Both the position numbers and the translations under genes were made by a program. Positions 42,303 to 58,243 of a stretch of 64,000 nucleotides of DNA are shown here, in pieces. Positions within the stretch are counted from its first letter, which is position 1. Every line of letters starts with the position of its first letter. Origin of the DNA: an uncultured Acidobacteriota bacterium (GTDB taxonomy: Bacteria > Acidobacteriota > Thermoanaerobaculia > Multivoradales > UBA5704). The stretch lies in assembly GCA_963700145.1 (NCBI GenBank), contig OY969474.1, positions 928,001 through 992,000 of the forward strand, written 5' to 3'. A model generated the notes under the pieces. That model did not search any database, had not been told where the DNA came from, and was given only the letters and a program-made list of their open reading frames with translations.

Positions 42303-42551
42303 ATGCGACGCGACGAGCCGCTCGATTACACCGAGGTCGAGGTCCGCAGCTACCTCCCCACCGGCTGGGACCTGACGCGCGACGGACGCGGGAGCTGGGA
42401 CGCCAAGGAGCGCGCCTGGCGGCTCTCCGTCGTCGACAACGTGGAGTTCGACTGGCCGGTCGAGGTGGAGGCCGACGAGGCGGCCGAGCACGGCCGCCTC
42501 GAGGCGCTCCGCCAGGCGATGGACCGGGTCTACCGCGAGCGGCTGGGGTAG
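42303..42551 (+). CDS. Hypothetical protein (82 aa)
   Basis: MRRDEPLDYTEVEVRSYLPTGW...; host-like codon bias; TAGAAT lies 7 nt upstream. Confidence 0.7.
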   Translation: MRRDEPLDYTEVEVRSYLPTGWDLTRDGRGSWDAKERAWRLSVVDNVEFDWPVEVEADEAAEHGRLEALRQAMDRVYRERLG

Positions 42552-42759
42552 CGCCGCATCACGGCGGGCACCTCCAGTAGACGACCTGCGCGTTGCAGTC
42601 GACGACGTACTTCAGCTCGGACCGGCAGGCCTGCGCGCCGTCGCCGCAGCTCGTGTCAAGCACGCCGTTGATGCGCTCCCATTTGACCAGGCCAGCCCCT
42701 TCCAGGCGTCGGTGCGCGGATGAGCCACTGCTCGTACCAGTAGTGCTCGGTGTACGGGC

Positions 42760-42951
42760 CCGACTGCCGGGTTTCTCGGGCGTGCCGCCGGCGGCGCATA
42801 GGGGAAGACGTCGGGCAGGTAGGCGGCAGCTCGATAGTCGTCAGCATGACGAGCGGCGCCGGGAAGCCGTGACGGCCGCCGCTGCGGTCGATCATCGGCC
42901 TAAGGCAACCGGCCGCGCGCCGTGCGCCTCTGCCACCGCGATCTTCTCGCG
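42760..42951 (-). pseudogene. Decayed duplicate of the pyrE 3' end
   Basis: Aligns with 44231-44425 (REKIAVAEAHGARPV / IDRSGGRHGFP.PLV / PEKPGSR) but carries frameshifts. Confidence 0.85.
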
Positions 42952-43193
42952 TATCGGGCGCAGGCAAGAGGGGGCAGCAAGCGCCTCTCGCTCGCCAACC
43001 CGCGTGGGCAAGGGGAACTCGATTGGCCAGTCGAAGTGACCCGTGACGAGGCTGCGGTTGCTGGGCCGCATTGAAGCCCTCTTCCGGGCCGTGGACCAGG
43101 ACTATCAAGAACGGCTGGGGTAGGGAGCGGACCGGAAGTGGCTGGGGGTTCCTCGGCAACGTTACCTAGGAACCCCCAAGAGGTAGGCAGTGC

Positions 43194-43490
43194 CTATAGG
43201 GGTACGATTACTTCCTTAATGACGTCGCCGTTGGGCCGAACTACGACCAACCTGCAACCTGCTTCCAGGTCCGGCAGGACCGTCTCCAGAAGGGCGACGC
43301 CCGTCTTGACGAAGTTCGTCATCGAGGTGCTTGACTTCCTAGACTGGGCTCGAAGCCGACGATATCTAGATTCCGGGAGGTTCATGTTTAGCCTGCGGAC
43401 AGGTTCACCTGGAACTGCGTCTCCAGGCGGCTCTCCGCCTCCCGGGGTTTCGAGAAGGTCCTTCTCTGGGCTAGGCAGAGCTCTCGTCAT
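43194..43490 (-). CDS. Ribbon-helix-helix (CopG-like) protein
   Basis: RRLNMNLPESRYRRLRAQSRKSSTSMTNFVKTGVALL; RBS GGAGG; low-GC region. Confidence 0.6.
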   Translation of the reverse strand: MTRALPSPEKDLLETPGGGEPPGDAVPGEPVRRLNMNLPESRYRRLRAQSRKSSTSMTNFVKTGVALLETVLPDLEAGCRLVVVRPNGDVIKEVIVPL

Positions 43491-43876
43491 GGTGCACGCC
43501 TCCTTCGGTTTTTATGTCAGTCCTTGGAACGCCTGAAACTCACCTTTGAGTACACATCTTGTGCCCCTTGTATGCCTTCCTCTCTATACATTATGACTGT
43601 AGAGAGACGCCAACTCATTGTCAAGTCTATGCTCTCCTAGGATTTCGCTCTTCGACACTGGCCTACCTCTAGTATTTGCCGAAGCTTCGAGAGGATCGTT
43701 CCTCAGGCCTTGCCCATGCCTTGCCCCCTCAGCCCTTGCACTGAGCAGGCCATGCTATTATGGCATTAGAAGCCCTGCGAACTCATATGTTGGGCGGGTT
43801 GACACGTAGGATTGACGTAGCATAGTCTCATGCGCAATGGAGTAGGTGTCCCCGAGACCAAGGGAGGGCCAGCGCA

Positions 43877-44221
43877 ATGAGACGGGTACCAGACCTGCCC
43901 CTTGAAGGAAGTGGTGAAGTCGGTGAACAACAGCCTCTTGTCACCGTCCAGGACTACTCTGATGATCCGCGCGAGCAAGTCGTGGCAAAGAGCTTGCTGC
44001 GTGAAGTTGGTGGTAACCAGGTGGCGCTTAGGGTTGTAACCATCGTGCTTGGTGGCGGTTACGCTATGGGGTTGCTTCTCATTGGCCTTCTTGGCTACAA
44101 CCTGCAATACCTCCCTCCGCAGCAGCGCATCGACATCCTGAACGGCCTGCTTTGGCCTCTGGTTGGTGGGGCAGGTGCAGCTGCCCTTGCCGCCATTCTT
44201 CGACACTACTTTCGCAGGTAA
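43877..44221 (+). CDS. Small two-TM hypothetical protein
   Basis: RBS GGAGG; acidic N-terminus followed by two hydrophobic segments, ending HYFRR. Confidence 0.6.
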   Translation: MRRVPDLPLEGSGEVGEQQPLVTVQDYSDDPREQVVAKSLLREVGGNQVALRVVTIVLGGGYAMGLLLIGLLGYNLQYLPPQQRIDILNGLLWPLVGGAGAAALAAILRHYFRR

Positions 44222-44224
44222 ACA

Positions 44225-44789
44225 TCAGTTCCGACTGCCCGGCTTCTCGGGAGGAGTGCCGGCTCTACAGAGCGGACAGGCGTCGGACGAGTAGGTCGGG
44301 AGGTCGAGGGTCATCAGGGAGACGAGCGGCACCGGGAAGCCGTGGCGGCCGCCGCTGCGGTCGATGATCGCGCCCACCGCGACCGGCCGCGCGCCGCGCG
44401 CCTCCGCCACCGCGATCGTCTCGCGCGTGGAGCGACCCGTCGTGATGACGTCCTCCACCACCACGACCCGCTCCCCCGCCGCCAGCTCGAAGCCCCGCCG
44501 CAGCGCCATCGCCTCCCCCTGTCGCTCGGTGAAGCGGAAGGGGACGCCGAGCGCCGCCGCCGTCTCGTGGCCGACGATCAGCCCACCGAGCGCCGGCGAC
44601 AGCACCGAGTCGGGCCGGAAAGGCGCCAGGAGCGCCGCCAGCTCCTCCCCCACTCTTCGGGCCCGCGCCGGGACCTCGAGCAGCAGGGCGCACTGCACGT
44701 AGGCCGGCGAGTGGAGCCCCGAGGAGAGGAGGAAGTGGCCCCGCCGCAGCGCCCCGCTCTCTTCGAGCATCGCCCCGAGCGCAGCGACC

Positions 44790-44800
<11 letters not shown>
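44225..44800 (-). CDS. pyrE: Orotate phosphoribosyltransferase
   Basis: GHFLLSSGLHSPAYVQ, VVVEDVITTGRS, IIDRSGG. Confidence 0.95.
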
Positions 44801-46184
<1,384 letters not shown>

Positions 46185-46200
46185 GCGGCGAATCCTAACG

Positions 46201-46229
46201 AAAGAGGCCGGCCCTCGCGGACCGGCCTC
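46201..46229 (-). terminator. Intrinsic terminator after degP
   Basis: Minus strand GAGGCCGGTCC-GCGA-GGGCCGGCCTC-TTT. Confidence 0.65.
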
Positions 46230-46256
46230 CTGGTGAAGCGGGGTGGACGTGCCCGG

Positions 46257-47801
46257 TTACGGCACCCGCACCACCGCGAAGAACGGCTGCACGCGCCCGC
46301 CGCGCGGCGCGATGCGCAGGACGTAGAGCCGCAGGAAGGAGCCGGAGCGCGCCCCTTCGATGACCCGCTCGAAGTCGGCCACGCTCTTGACCTCCTGCCC
46401 GTTGACCTCGGCGATGACGTTGCCAGCGCGCACCCCTTCCTCGTAGAGCGGGCTGGTGGGGCCGACCTCGGTCACCCAGACGCCGTCCACCTCCTCGGGG
46501 ATGCCGTGGGTCTGGCGCAGCGGGTTGGAGAGGTCCTGGTACTCGAGCGCCAGCCAGTCGATCCGGCTGTCGCGCTCCTGCGGCCGCTCCTCCGCCGCCT
46601 GCTCGGCGCCCGGCCGCTCGCGCAGCTTGACGTCCTTCTGCAGGCGCTTGCCGTCGCGCAGCACCTCGAGCGTCACCGTCGCGTCCGGCCCCTTGGCCGA
46701 GACGTAGGTGATGAGGTCGCGGGTCGTCTTCACGGGCCGGCCGTCGACCCCGAGGATGATGTCGCCGTGGCGGATGCCGGCGTCGGCGGCGGGGGTGCCG
46801 TCCTCGACCCGCCCGACCAGGGCGCCTTCCGGCTTGTCGAGACCGAAGGCCTGGGCCGACTCGTAGTCGAGGTTGCCGATCTCGATGCCGAGGTAGCCGC
46901 GGCTCACCTTCCCCTTCTCGCGCAGCTGCGGCAGGATCTCCTTGAGGGTGTTGACCGGCACCGCGAAGCCGATGTTCTCGGCACCCCAGTTGATGGCGGT
47001 GGCGATGCCCACCACCTCGCCCTGCATGTTGACCAGCGGGCCGCCGGAGTTGCCGAAGTTGATCGCGGCGTCGGTCTGGATGAAGTTCTCGAAGGAGATG
47101 TCGCTGATGCCGAGCGACCGTCCCTTGGCACTGATGACGCCGGTGGTGACCGTCTTGTCCAGGTTGAGGGGGTTGCCGATCGCCATCACCCAGTCGCCCA
47201 CGCGCACGCCGTCGCTGTCGCCGAGCTCCAGGAAGCGGAGGCCGCGGCCGGCGTCGATCTTGAGCAGGGCGATGTCGGTGGCCGGGTCGGTGCCGCGGAC
47301 CGTCGCCGTGTAGTCGCGGTCGCCGAGGTGGACGCGCACCGAACTCGCCCCCTCGATGACGTGGTAGTTGGTGATCACCAGCCCGTCGGAGCTGATGACG
47401 AAGCCGCTGCCGCCGGCGTCGGAGCGGAACTCTCCGGGCCCGCCCTCTTCGCCTTCCTCCTCATCCTCCTCACCCGGAGACTGGGGGCCGCGGCGATCGC
47501 GGAAGAAGAAGTCGAAGGGGTCGAACTGCTGCGGCTGCTGCCGCCGGCCCCCCGGCGTGCGGGCGATGGTGGCGGCCTGGATCGAGACGATGGCCGGTTC
47601 GACGGCCTCCGCCAAGTCGGCGAAGCTCGGGAGGTTGCGCAACGGCGAGGCGGTGGCCGCCTGCGTGGCGGAGAGGGACATCTCGGGCGCGGTGATGCCG
47701 GGGGCGGTCATGTCCAGGCCGCCGGCGAGGACCATGCCGAAGGCAACCGCCCCCACGACAAGGAGGGCGGTGAGGAAGTTCCGACTGCGGGGGATGCTCA
47801 T
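46257..47801 (-). CDS. HtrA/DegP serine protease with two PDZ domains
   Basis: GSGFVI, TNYHV, TDIALLK, IQTDAAINFGNSGGPL. Confidence 0.95.
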   Translation of the reverse strand: MSIPRSRNFLTALLVVGAVAFGMVLAGGLDMTAPGITAPEMSLSATQAATASPLRNLPSFADLAEAVEPAIVSIQAATIARTPGGRRQQPQQFDPFDFFFRDRRGPQSPGEEDEEEGEEGGPGEFRSDAGGSGFVISSDGLVITNYHVIEGASSVRVHLGDRDYTATVRGTDPATDIALLKIDAGRGLRFLELGDSDGVRVGDWVMAIGNPLNLDKTVTTGVISAKGRSLGISDISFENFIQTDAAINFGNSGGPLVNMQGEVVGIATAINWGAENIGFAVPVNTLKEILPQLREKGKVSRGYLGIEIGNLDYESAQAFGLDKPEGALVGRVEDGTPAADAGIRHGDIILGVDGRPVKTTRDLITYVSAKGPDATVTLEVLRDGKRLQKDVKLRERPGAEQAAEERPQERDSRIDWLALEYQDLSNPLRQTHGIPEEVDGVWVTEVGPTSPLYEEGVRAGNVIAEVNGQEVKSVADFERVIEGARSGSFLRLYVLRIAPRGGRVQPFFAVVRVP

Positions 47802-47870
47802 GGCCGCTTGAATCTCCTTTCGGCGGTCGCCGATTCTGCTGCCGACTCTAAGGCCGGAAACCTCTTACGA

Positions 47871-47886
47871 AGCAAGTGCCTTGCCA
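47871..47886 (-). promoter_or_regulatory. Putative sigma-54 (-24/-12) promoter of the degP gene
   Basis: Minus strand TGGCAAGGCACTTGCT versus consensus TGGCACG-N4-TTGCW, ~70 nt upstream of the start codon. Confidence 0.55.
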
Positions 47887-47996
47887 CCGCACGGACGGAG
47901 GAGAACGGAAGCTCCGCCGCGTCTTTTCATGCCGAATTGGCACCTGCTGCGAGCGCCGGCGGCAAGGGGGTGCCGTGGCTCCGCGCCCTGTGGCCC

Positions 47997-48025
47997 TTGA
48001 AGCGCGGCCCGCGCTCCGCTACACT
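47997..48025 (+). promoter_or_regulatory. Sigma-70 promoter of the rimP-nusA-infB operon
   Basis: TTGAAG-17 nt-TACACT. Confidence 0.6.
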
Positions 48026-48054
48026 ACCGCGGCCAGCTTGCCCGGACCGGGAAG

Positions 48055-48082
48055 AAAGTGGGCGTTGTTGCCCACTTTTTTT
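48055..48082 (+). terminator. rimP leader hairpin/attenuator
   Basis: AAAGTGGGC-GTTGTT-GCCCACTTT, within a 7-T run, between the promoter and rimP. Confidence 0.7.
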
Positions 48083-48111
48083 GTTTGGGCCGGCGGGGTG
48101 CCGAAGAGACC

Positions 48112-48594
48112 GTGAACGAGGTCAAGGCGAAGAGCGCTCCAGGCCTGTCGCCGGAGCTGGTGGGCGAGTTCGAGCAGATCGCCGGCGGGGCCGGCTGCCA
48201 GCTCGAGCACGCCGAGTTCAAGGGGGGCGTGCTGCGGCTGATCCTGGACCGCCCCGAGGGAGGCGTCAACCTGAGCGATTGCGAGCAGGTCTCGAAGCAG
48301 GTCTCGGCCCTGCTCGACTTGGTGGACTTCGGAAAGGGCCGGTACACGCTGGAGGTCAGCTCGCCGGGCCTCGACCGCCCTCTCTACCGGCCGCGCGACT
48401 ACGCCCGGTTCACCGGGCGGCTGGCGCGGGTGAGCTACAGGGTGCCGGAGAGCGGCGCCAAACGGACGGTCGTCGGCCGCATCGAGGCCTTCGACCCGGA
48501 GCGCGAAGAGGTCGTGGTGGCCGCCGCCGGCGGCGAGCGCCTCCTCTTACACTTGCATGACATTCACGCGGCTCGACTGGAAGTCGAGCTCTAG
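48112..48594 (+). CDS. rimP: Ribosome maturation factor RimP
   Basis: LRLILDRPEGGVNLSDCEQVS, YTLEVSSPGLDRPL; start codon uncertain. Confidence 0.93.
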   Translation: MNEVKAKSAPGLSPELVGEFEQIAGGAGCQLEHAEFKGGVLRLILDRPEGGVNLSDCEQVSKQVSALLDLVDFGKGRYTLEVSSPGLDRPLYRPRDYARFTGRLARVSYRVPESGAKRTVVGRIEAFDPEREEVVVAAAGGERLLLHLHDIHAARLEVEL

Positions 48595-48605
48595 GAAGCG
48601 ACTTT

Positions 48606-50138
48606 ATGCCGACGGCAACGACAGCGGAGATCAACGTCAACGAGATCCTGCGCCAGGTAGCGCGGGAGAAGGACATCGACCTGGAGCGCTGGATAGCAGC
48701 GCTCGAGGACGCGATGGCCTCGGCGGCCAAGAAGCAGCACCGGATCAAGGAGCCGGTGCGGGCGCAGCTCGACCGCGACAGCGGCCACTTCGAGGCGTTC
48801 ATCGTCAAGAAGGTGGTCGAGACGGTCGAGGACCCGCTCGCCGAGTGGACGGTCGAAGAGGCGCGCGACCACAAGGAGGACGCCGAGGTCGGCGACGAGA
48901 TCCACCTCCCCATCTCCACCGAGGGCCTGGGGCGGATCGCCGCCCAGTCCGCCAAGCAGGTGCTCTACCAGCGGGTGCGCGAGGCCGAGCGCGAGAACAT
49001 CTACAACGAGTACATCGACCGTGTCGGCGAGGTGGTCAACGGCACCGTCAAGCGCTTCGAGCGCGGCGACATCATCGTCGACTTGGGCCGCACCGAGGCG
49101 GTGGTGCCGCGCAACGAGCAGGCCCGCCACGAGCGCTACAGCCAGGGCGAGCGCATCCGCGCCGTCATCGTCGAGGTGCACAAGCAGCCCAAGGGGCCGC
49201 AGGTCGTGCTCTCGCGCACCGACCCGCGCCTGCTGGCCAAGCTCTTCGAGATGGAGGTGCCCGAGATCTACGACGGCACGGTGATCATCAAGGCGGCGGT
49301 GCGCGCCCCCGGCGAGCGGGCCAAGGTGGCGGTCTACAGCCGCGAGCGGGACGTCGACCCGGTCGGCGCCTGCGTCGGCATGAAGGGGTCCCGCGTGCAG
49401 TCGATCATCCGCGAGCTGCGCGGCGAGAAGATCGACATCATCGAGTTCAGCGACGACCTGGTGACCTTCGCGCAGAGCGCGCTGGCGCCGGCCAAGATCA
49501 CCCGCGTCTCGGTGACCCACCAAGGCGAGGTCCCGCACCTCGACGTCATCGTCGAGGACGAGCAGCTCTCGCTGGCCATCGGCAAGCGCGGCCAGAACGT
49601 GCGCCTGGCCTCCGAGCTGATCGGCGCGCGGATCGACATCAAGAGCGAGACCGACGTCAAGGACGAAGTGGCCGACGCCCTGGCGCGCATGCTCCAGACC
49701 GCGCTCGGCGACCTCGGCGAAGGGCAGCCGGCGGCGGCCGAGCCGGACGTCTCCGGCTTCCCCGGCATCAGCGGCAAGACCGCCGAGAAGCTCAAGGAGG
49801 TCGGTCTCGGCACGATCGACGAGCTGCTCGCCGCCTCGGCCGAGCAGCTCACCGAGGTCGAGGGGGTGGGGCCCAAGACCGCGCAGTCGCTGCAGGCCTG
49901 GGCGCAAGAGCAGGGAGCCAAGCGGGAGCAGGGAGTGACGGAGACGTTCACCAAGCCGGAGCCGGAGCCGTCGATGGGCGACGACGCCTTCATGGCGGCG
50001 CTCTCGCGCGCCTTCCAGGAGAGCGAGCAGCAGCGCAGCACGCTCGCCGAGAAGACCGCGGAGGCGCAGGCGGATGCCGAGGCGCCGGCGGCCGACGAGC
50101 CGCAGGCCGAGACCGGAGAGGACCGGAGCGGCGAGTAG
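48606..50138 (+). CDS. nusA: Transcription termination factor NusA
   Basis: GRIAAQSAKQV, EVPEIYDG, DPVGACVGMKGSR, LSLAIGKRGQNVRLA. Confidence 0.97.
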   Translation: MPTATTAEINVNEILRQVAREKDIDLERWIAALEDAMASAAKKQHRIKEPVRAQLDRDSGHFEAFIVKKVVETVEDPLAEWTVEEARDHKEDAEVGDEIHLPISTEGLGRIAAQSAKQVLYQRVREAERENIYNEYIDRVGEVVNGTVKRFERGDIIVDLGRTEAVVPRNEQARHERYSQGERIRAVIVEVHKQPKGPQVVLSRTDPRLLAKLFEMEVPEIYDGTVIIKAAVRAPGERAKVAVYSRERDVDPVGACVGMKGSRVQSIIRELRGEKIDIIEFSDDLVTFAQSALAPAKITRVSVTHQGEVPHLDVIVEDEQLSLAIGKRGQNVRLASELIGARIDIKSETDVKDEVADALARMLQTALGDLGEGQPAAAEPDVSGFPGISGKTAEKLKEVGLGTIDELLAASAEQLTEVEGVGPKTAQSLQAWAQEQGAKREQGVTETFTKPEPEPSMGDDAFMAALSRAFQESEQQRSTLAEKTAEAQADAEAPAADEPQAETGEDRSGE

Positions 50139-50172
50139 CCGCTCCCGATTCACGGGGCGGTTCGAGGAGCTT

Positions 50173-52763
<2,591 letters not shown>

Positions 52764-52764
<1 letters not shown>

Positions 52765-53057
52765 TGGTCGTTGGCGTGGCCACCTTCGAGCTGCATATCC
52801 CGTCGGCGCGCAGCCTCAAGGACAAGCGGCGCGTGGTGAAGGCGCTCATCGAGCGGCTCCACCACCGCTACCGCTTGTCGATCGTCGAGAGCGACTACCA
52901 CGACCTCCACCAGCGGGCCGAGATCGGCCTGGCGGCGGTGGCGGTCTCCGCGGGGGAGCTGGAGCGGCTGCTCGAGGAGGTGCGCGGGATCGTGGACCAG
53001 GAAGTGGAGGCGTACGTCACGCGCTGGGACCCGCAGATCCTGGAGGCGACCGGATGA
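52764..53057 (+). CDS. DUF503 (YlxP) protein
   Basis: SLKDKRRVVK...D.HDLHQRAEIG; conserved position between infB and rbfA. Confidence 0.88.
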
Positions 53058-53407
53058 GCCGGCGGACGCAGCGGGTGGCCGACGTCCTGCGCGGGGAGCT
53101 CTCGGACCTCCTCCTGCGGCAGGTGCACGACCCGCGGATCAAGCTGGTCTCGGTGACCGACGTGGACGTCTCGCCCGACCTCCGCCGCGCCGTGGTCAAG
53201 GTCTCGGTGCTGGGGGAGGACGAGGAGCGCACCGGCACGGTCGAGGCGCTGCAGCACGCCCGCGGCTTCCTGCGCCGCGAGCTGGCCCACCGCCTGCGGA
53301 TGCGCGTCACCCCCGAGCTCGTCTTCGAGCTCGACCGCGGCGCCGAGCACAGCCAGAAGATCGCCGAACTCTTGGAGAGCCTGCATGCCCGGGATGAAAG
53401 CTCCTGA
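53054..53407 (+). CDS. rbfA: Ribosome-binding factor A
   Basis: DPRI..VSVTDVDVSPDL, A.GFLR, TPELVFELD. Confidence 0.95.
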   Translation: MSRRTQRVADVLRGELSDLLLRQVHDPRIKLVSVTDVDVSPDLRRAVVKVSVLGEDEERTGTVEALQHARGFLRRELAHRLRMRVTPELVFELDRGAEHSQKIAELLESLHARDESS

Positions 53408-54362
53408 AGACCTGCTCCGCCGCATCCGGCAGGGCAACCGCTTCCTGCTGACCAGCCACGTCAACCCGGACGGCGACGCCATCGGCTCCGAGCTCGGGCT
53501 GGCGCGGGTGCTGCGCGGCCTGGGAAAGCTGGCCGTCGTCTGGAACCGCGACGTCTGCCCCACCGTCTACCACCCGCTCCCCGGCCGCGAGCGCATCCAC
53601 TGCGGCGAGGAGCCGCCGGCCGGTTTCCCCGAGAAGTTCGACGCCGTCATCGTCCTCGAGTGCCCGAGCCTCGACCGCACCGGCCTGGAGGCGCACCTCG
53701 GGACGCTGCCGCTGATCAACATCGACCACCACCTCGGCAACCAGCACTACGGCGCGGTCAACTGGGTGGACTCGGCGGCGCCGGCGGTGGGCGAGATGGT
53801 CTACCGGCTGGCGCAGGGGCTCAAGGCGGCGCTCGATCCGGAGACCGCGACCGCGCTCTACCTCACCCTGGTCACCGACACCGGCGGCTTCCGCTTCTCC
53901 AACGCCACCCCCGCCGCCTTCGAGGCGGCGGCGGCCCTGGTGCGCGAGGGCGCCCACCCCGAGCAGGTCTCGCAGTGGCTCTACGAGAGCCAGCCGCTGG
54001 CGGTGGTGCGCCTGCTCTGCCAGATGCTCAGCTCGCTCGAGCTGCACGAGGGCGGCCGGGTGGCCACCGCCACCTTGACCCCCGAGATGTTCGAGCGCGC
54101 CGGGGCGGCGGCGGGCGACGCCGAGGGGCTGATCGACGTGCCGCGCTCGATCGCCGGCGTCGAGGCGGTGGGCCTGGTGCGCCAGCGCCCCGACGGCACC
54201 CACAAGATCTCCCTGCGCAGCCGCGGCGAGGTCGACGTCGAGAAGATCGCCCGCCACCACGGCGGCGGCGGCCACCGCAACGCCGCCGGCTACACCCTCG
54301 AAGGCGACACCGACACGGTGCGCCGCGAGGTGGTCTCCGACTTGGTCGGCGCCCTCGCCTGA
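53394..54362 (+). CDS. nrnA: DHH-family oligoribonuclease/pAp phosphatase NrnA
   Basis: SHVNPDGDAIGS, NIDHH, TDTGGFRFS, GGGGHRNAAG. Confidence 0.9.
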   Translation: MKAPEDLLRRIRQGNRFLLTSHVNPDGDAIGSELGLARVLRGLGKLAVVWNRDVCPTVYHPLPGRERIHCGEEPPAGFPEKFDAVIVLECPSLDRTGLEAHLGTLPLINIDHHLGNQHYGAVNWVDSAAPAVGEMVYRLAQGLKAALDPETATALYLTLVTDTGGFRFSNATPAAFEAAAALVREGAHPEQVSQWLYESQPLAVVRLLCQMLSSLELHEGGRVATATLTPEMFERAGAAAGDAEGLIDVPRSIAGVEAVGLVRQRPDGTHKISLRSRGEVDVEKIARHHGGGGHRNAAGYTLEGDTDTVRREVVSDLVGALA

Positions 54363-54376
54363 GCCCCCTCCCCTCC

Positions 54377-55303
54377 ATGCAGGACGGCCTCCTCCTCGTC
54401 GACAAGGACCCCGGCGGCACCTCGCACGACGTGGTGCAGCGGGTGCGCCGCCTGCTCAAGCAGAAGAAGGTCGGCCATTGCGGCACCCTCGACCCGGACG
54501 CGACCGGCCTCCTGCTGCTGACCCTCGGCTCCGCGACCCGGCTGACCCGCTTCCTGATCCGCGCCCCCAAGGTCTACGAAGGGACGCTCAAGCTGGGGGT
54601 CACGACCGACACCTACGACGCCACCGGCCGGGTGGTCGCCGAGGGACCGACCGAAGGCCTGACGACCGCGGCGGTGGCGGCGGCGATGGCCGGCTTCGAG
54701 GGCACCTCGGAGCAGCAGCCGCCCCCCTACTCGGCGAAGAAGGTGGGCGGGGTCAAGTACTACGAGCTGGCGCGGCGCGGGGAGGAGGTGCCGCAGGAGA
54801 CCAAGGAGGTCACGGTCTTCGACTTCAAGTCGCTGGGCGAGCTGTCCGAGGCGGACGCCGGCGGCGCCCGCAGCCTCCGCTTCCTCCTCTCCTGCTCCTC
54901 GGGGACCTACGCCCGCTCGCTGGCGCACGACGTCGGGCAGGCGCTGGGCTGCGGCGCCCACCTCGCCGCCCTCCGCCGCACCCAGATCGGCCCCTTCACG
55001 GTCGGCAGCGCGCTGTCGCACGCCGCCCTGGAGGCGCGGCTGAGCGCCGGCGAGGGGCCGGGGGAGGCCTGGGTGCCGTTCGACCAGATCCCGCTCCCCT
55101 TCGGCGAGGTGACCGCCGACCCGCAGCAGGAGCAGCGCATCCACCACGGCCAGACCGTCCTGGTGCGCGAGCTGGCCGGCGAGGAGGGGGACTGGGTGAA
55201 GCTCCTCAACCGCCGGCGGGAGCTGATCGCGGTCGGCACGGTCGTCGAGCGGATCGGCGCCGGCGGGGTCGGCGTCGTGCAGCCGAAAGTGGTGTTCCGC
55301 TAA
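54377..55303 (+). CDS. truB: tRNA pseudouridine(55) synthase
   Basis: KVGHCGTLDPDATGLL, PPPYSAKKVGG, CSSGTYARSL. Confidence 0.96.
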   Translation: MQDGLLLVDKDPGGTSHDVVQRVRRLLKQKKVGHCGTLDPDATGLLLLTLGSATRLTRFLIRAPKVYEGTLKLGVTTDTYDATGRVVAEGPTEGLTTAAVAAAMAGFEGTSEQQPPPYSAKKVGGVKYYELARRGEEVPQETKEVTVFDFKSLGELSEADAGGARSLRFLLSCSSGTYARSLAHDVGQALGCGAHLAALRRTQIGPFTVGSALSHAALEARLSAGEGPGEAWVPFDQIPLPFGEVTADPQQEQRIHHGQTVLVRELAGEEGDWVKLLNRRRELIAVGTVVERIGAGGVGVVQPKVVFR

Positions 55304-55329
55304 GGACTAAACAATCCCCCCGGGGCCTG

Positions 55330-55338
55330 TGCTACAAT
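55330..55338 (+). promoter_or_regulatory. Extended -10 promoter of rpsO
   Basis: TG-C-TACAAT, ~50 nt upstream of the TTG start. Confidence 0.5.
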
Positions 55339-55390
55339 CGGCCCGGGAAAAAAAGCGAAGAGAACGCGTAAAGCACAAGGAGAGAGCGTT

Positions 55391-55657
55391 TTGCAAGAGC
55401 GACAGAGCCGAGAGGGAGTGATCCAGGGCTACCGTGTCCACGACACCGACACGGGGTCCCCGGAGGTGCAGGTGGCCCTGCTCACCCACCGCATCACCGA
55501 GCTGACCGAGCACTTCAAGACCCACACCAAAGACCATCACAGCCGCCGCGGCCTGCTCAAGCTGGTCGGCCGCCGCCGCCGCTTGCTCGACTACCTGAAG
55601 GGGCAGGACCTCGAGCGCTACCGCACGACCATTGAGCGACTCGGGCTCCGCAAGTAG
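55391..55657 (+). CDS. rpsO: 30S ribosomal protein S15
   Basis: [36 protein letters not shown]. Confidence 0.98.
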   Translation: MQERQSREGVIQGYRVHDTDTGSPEVQVALLTHRITELTEHFKTHTKDHHSRRGLLKLVGRRRRLLDYLKGQDLERYRTTIERLGLRK

Positions 55658-55754
55658 TCCGGACCCCCACCTCAGGACGAACCGCCGCATCGCGGCCCGG
55701 TCCTAGACCCGGCGCGCCCGCTCGGGGCGCGCAACAGAGAGAGAAACCACAACC

Positions 55755-58022
<2,268 letters not shown>

Positions 58023-58243
58023 GCCGTATTTCCGCAGTCTAGGGAATCCCCTAGGCGTCGAGCCTCACGAGGTTGTTCAGTTGGGAGGCTGGGGGTAGTC
58101 CTCCGAGAGCGGACGATTTCTCCGCCCTTGCGCATTTGAGTCAAGGGGGTTGCGTCGCTCTTCAAAGTGCGTAAACTAGCAGCCTCTGTTTCGACGTGGG
58201 GCGAAGTGGGCCAGTCGGTGCTGGCCGGCTCGGAGGAATCTCC

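Noticed and set aside
42555-42755. Short Cys-containing minus-strand reading (GLVKWERINGVLDTSCGDGAQACRSELKYVVDC...)
   Set aside because: No credible start and no recognisable family. It may be a gene remnant but cannot be supported.
55304-55390. Absence of ribF between truB and rpsO, and of nadC between valS and birA
   Set aside because: Ordinary gene-order variation, with no scar visible.
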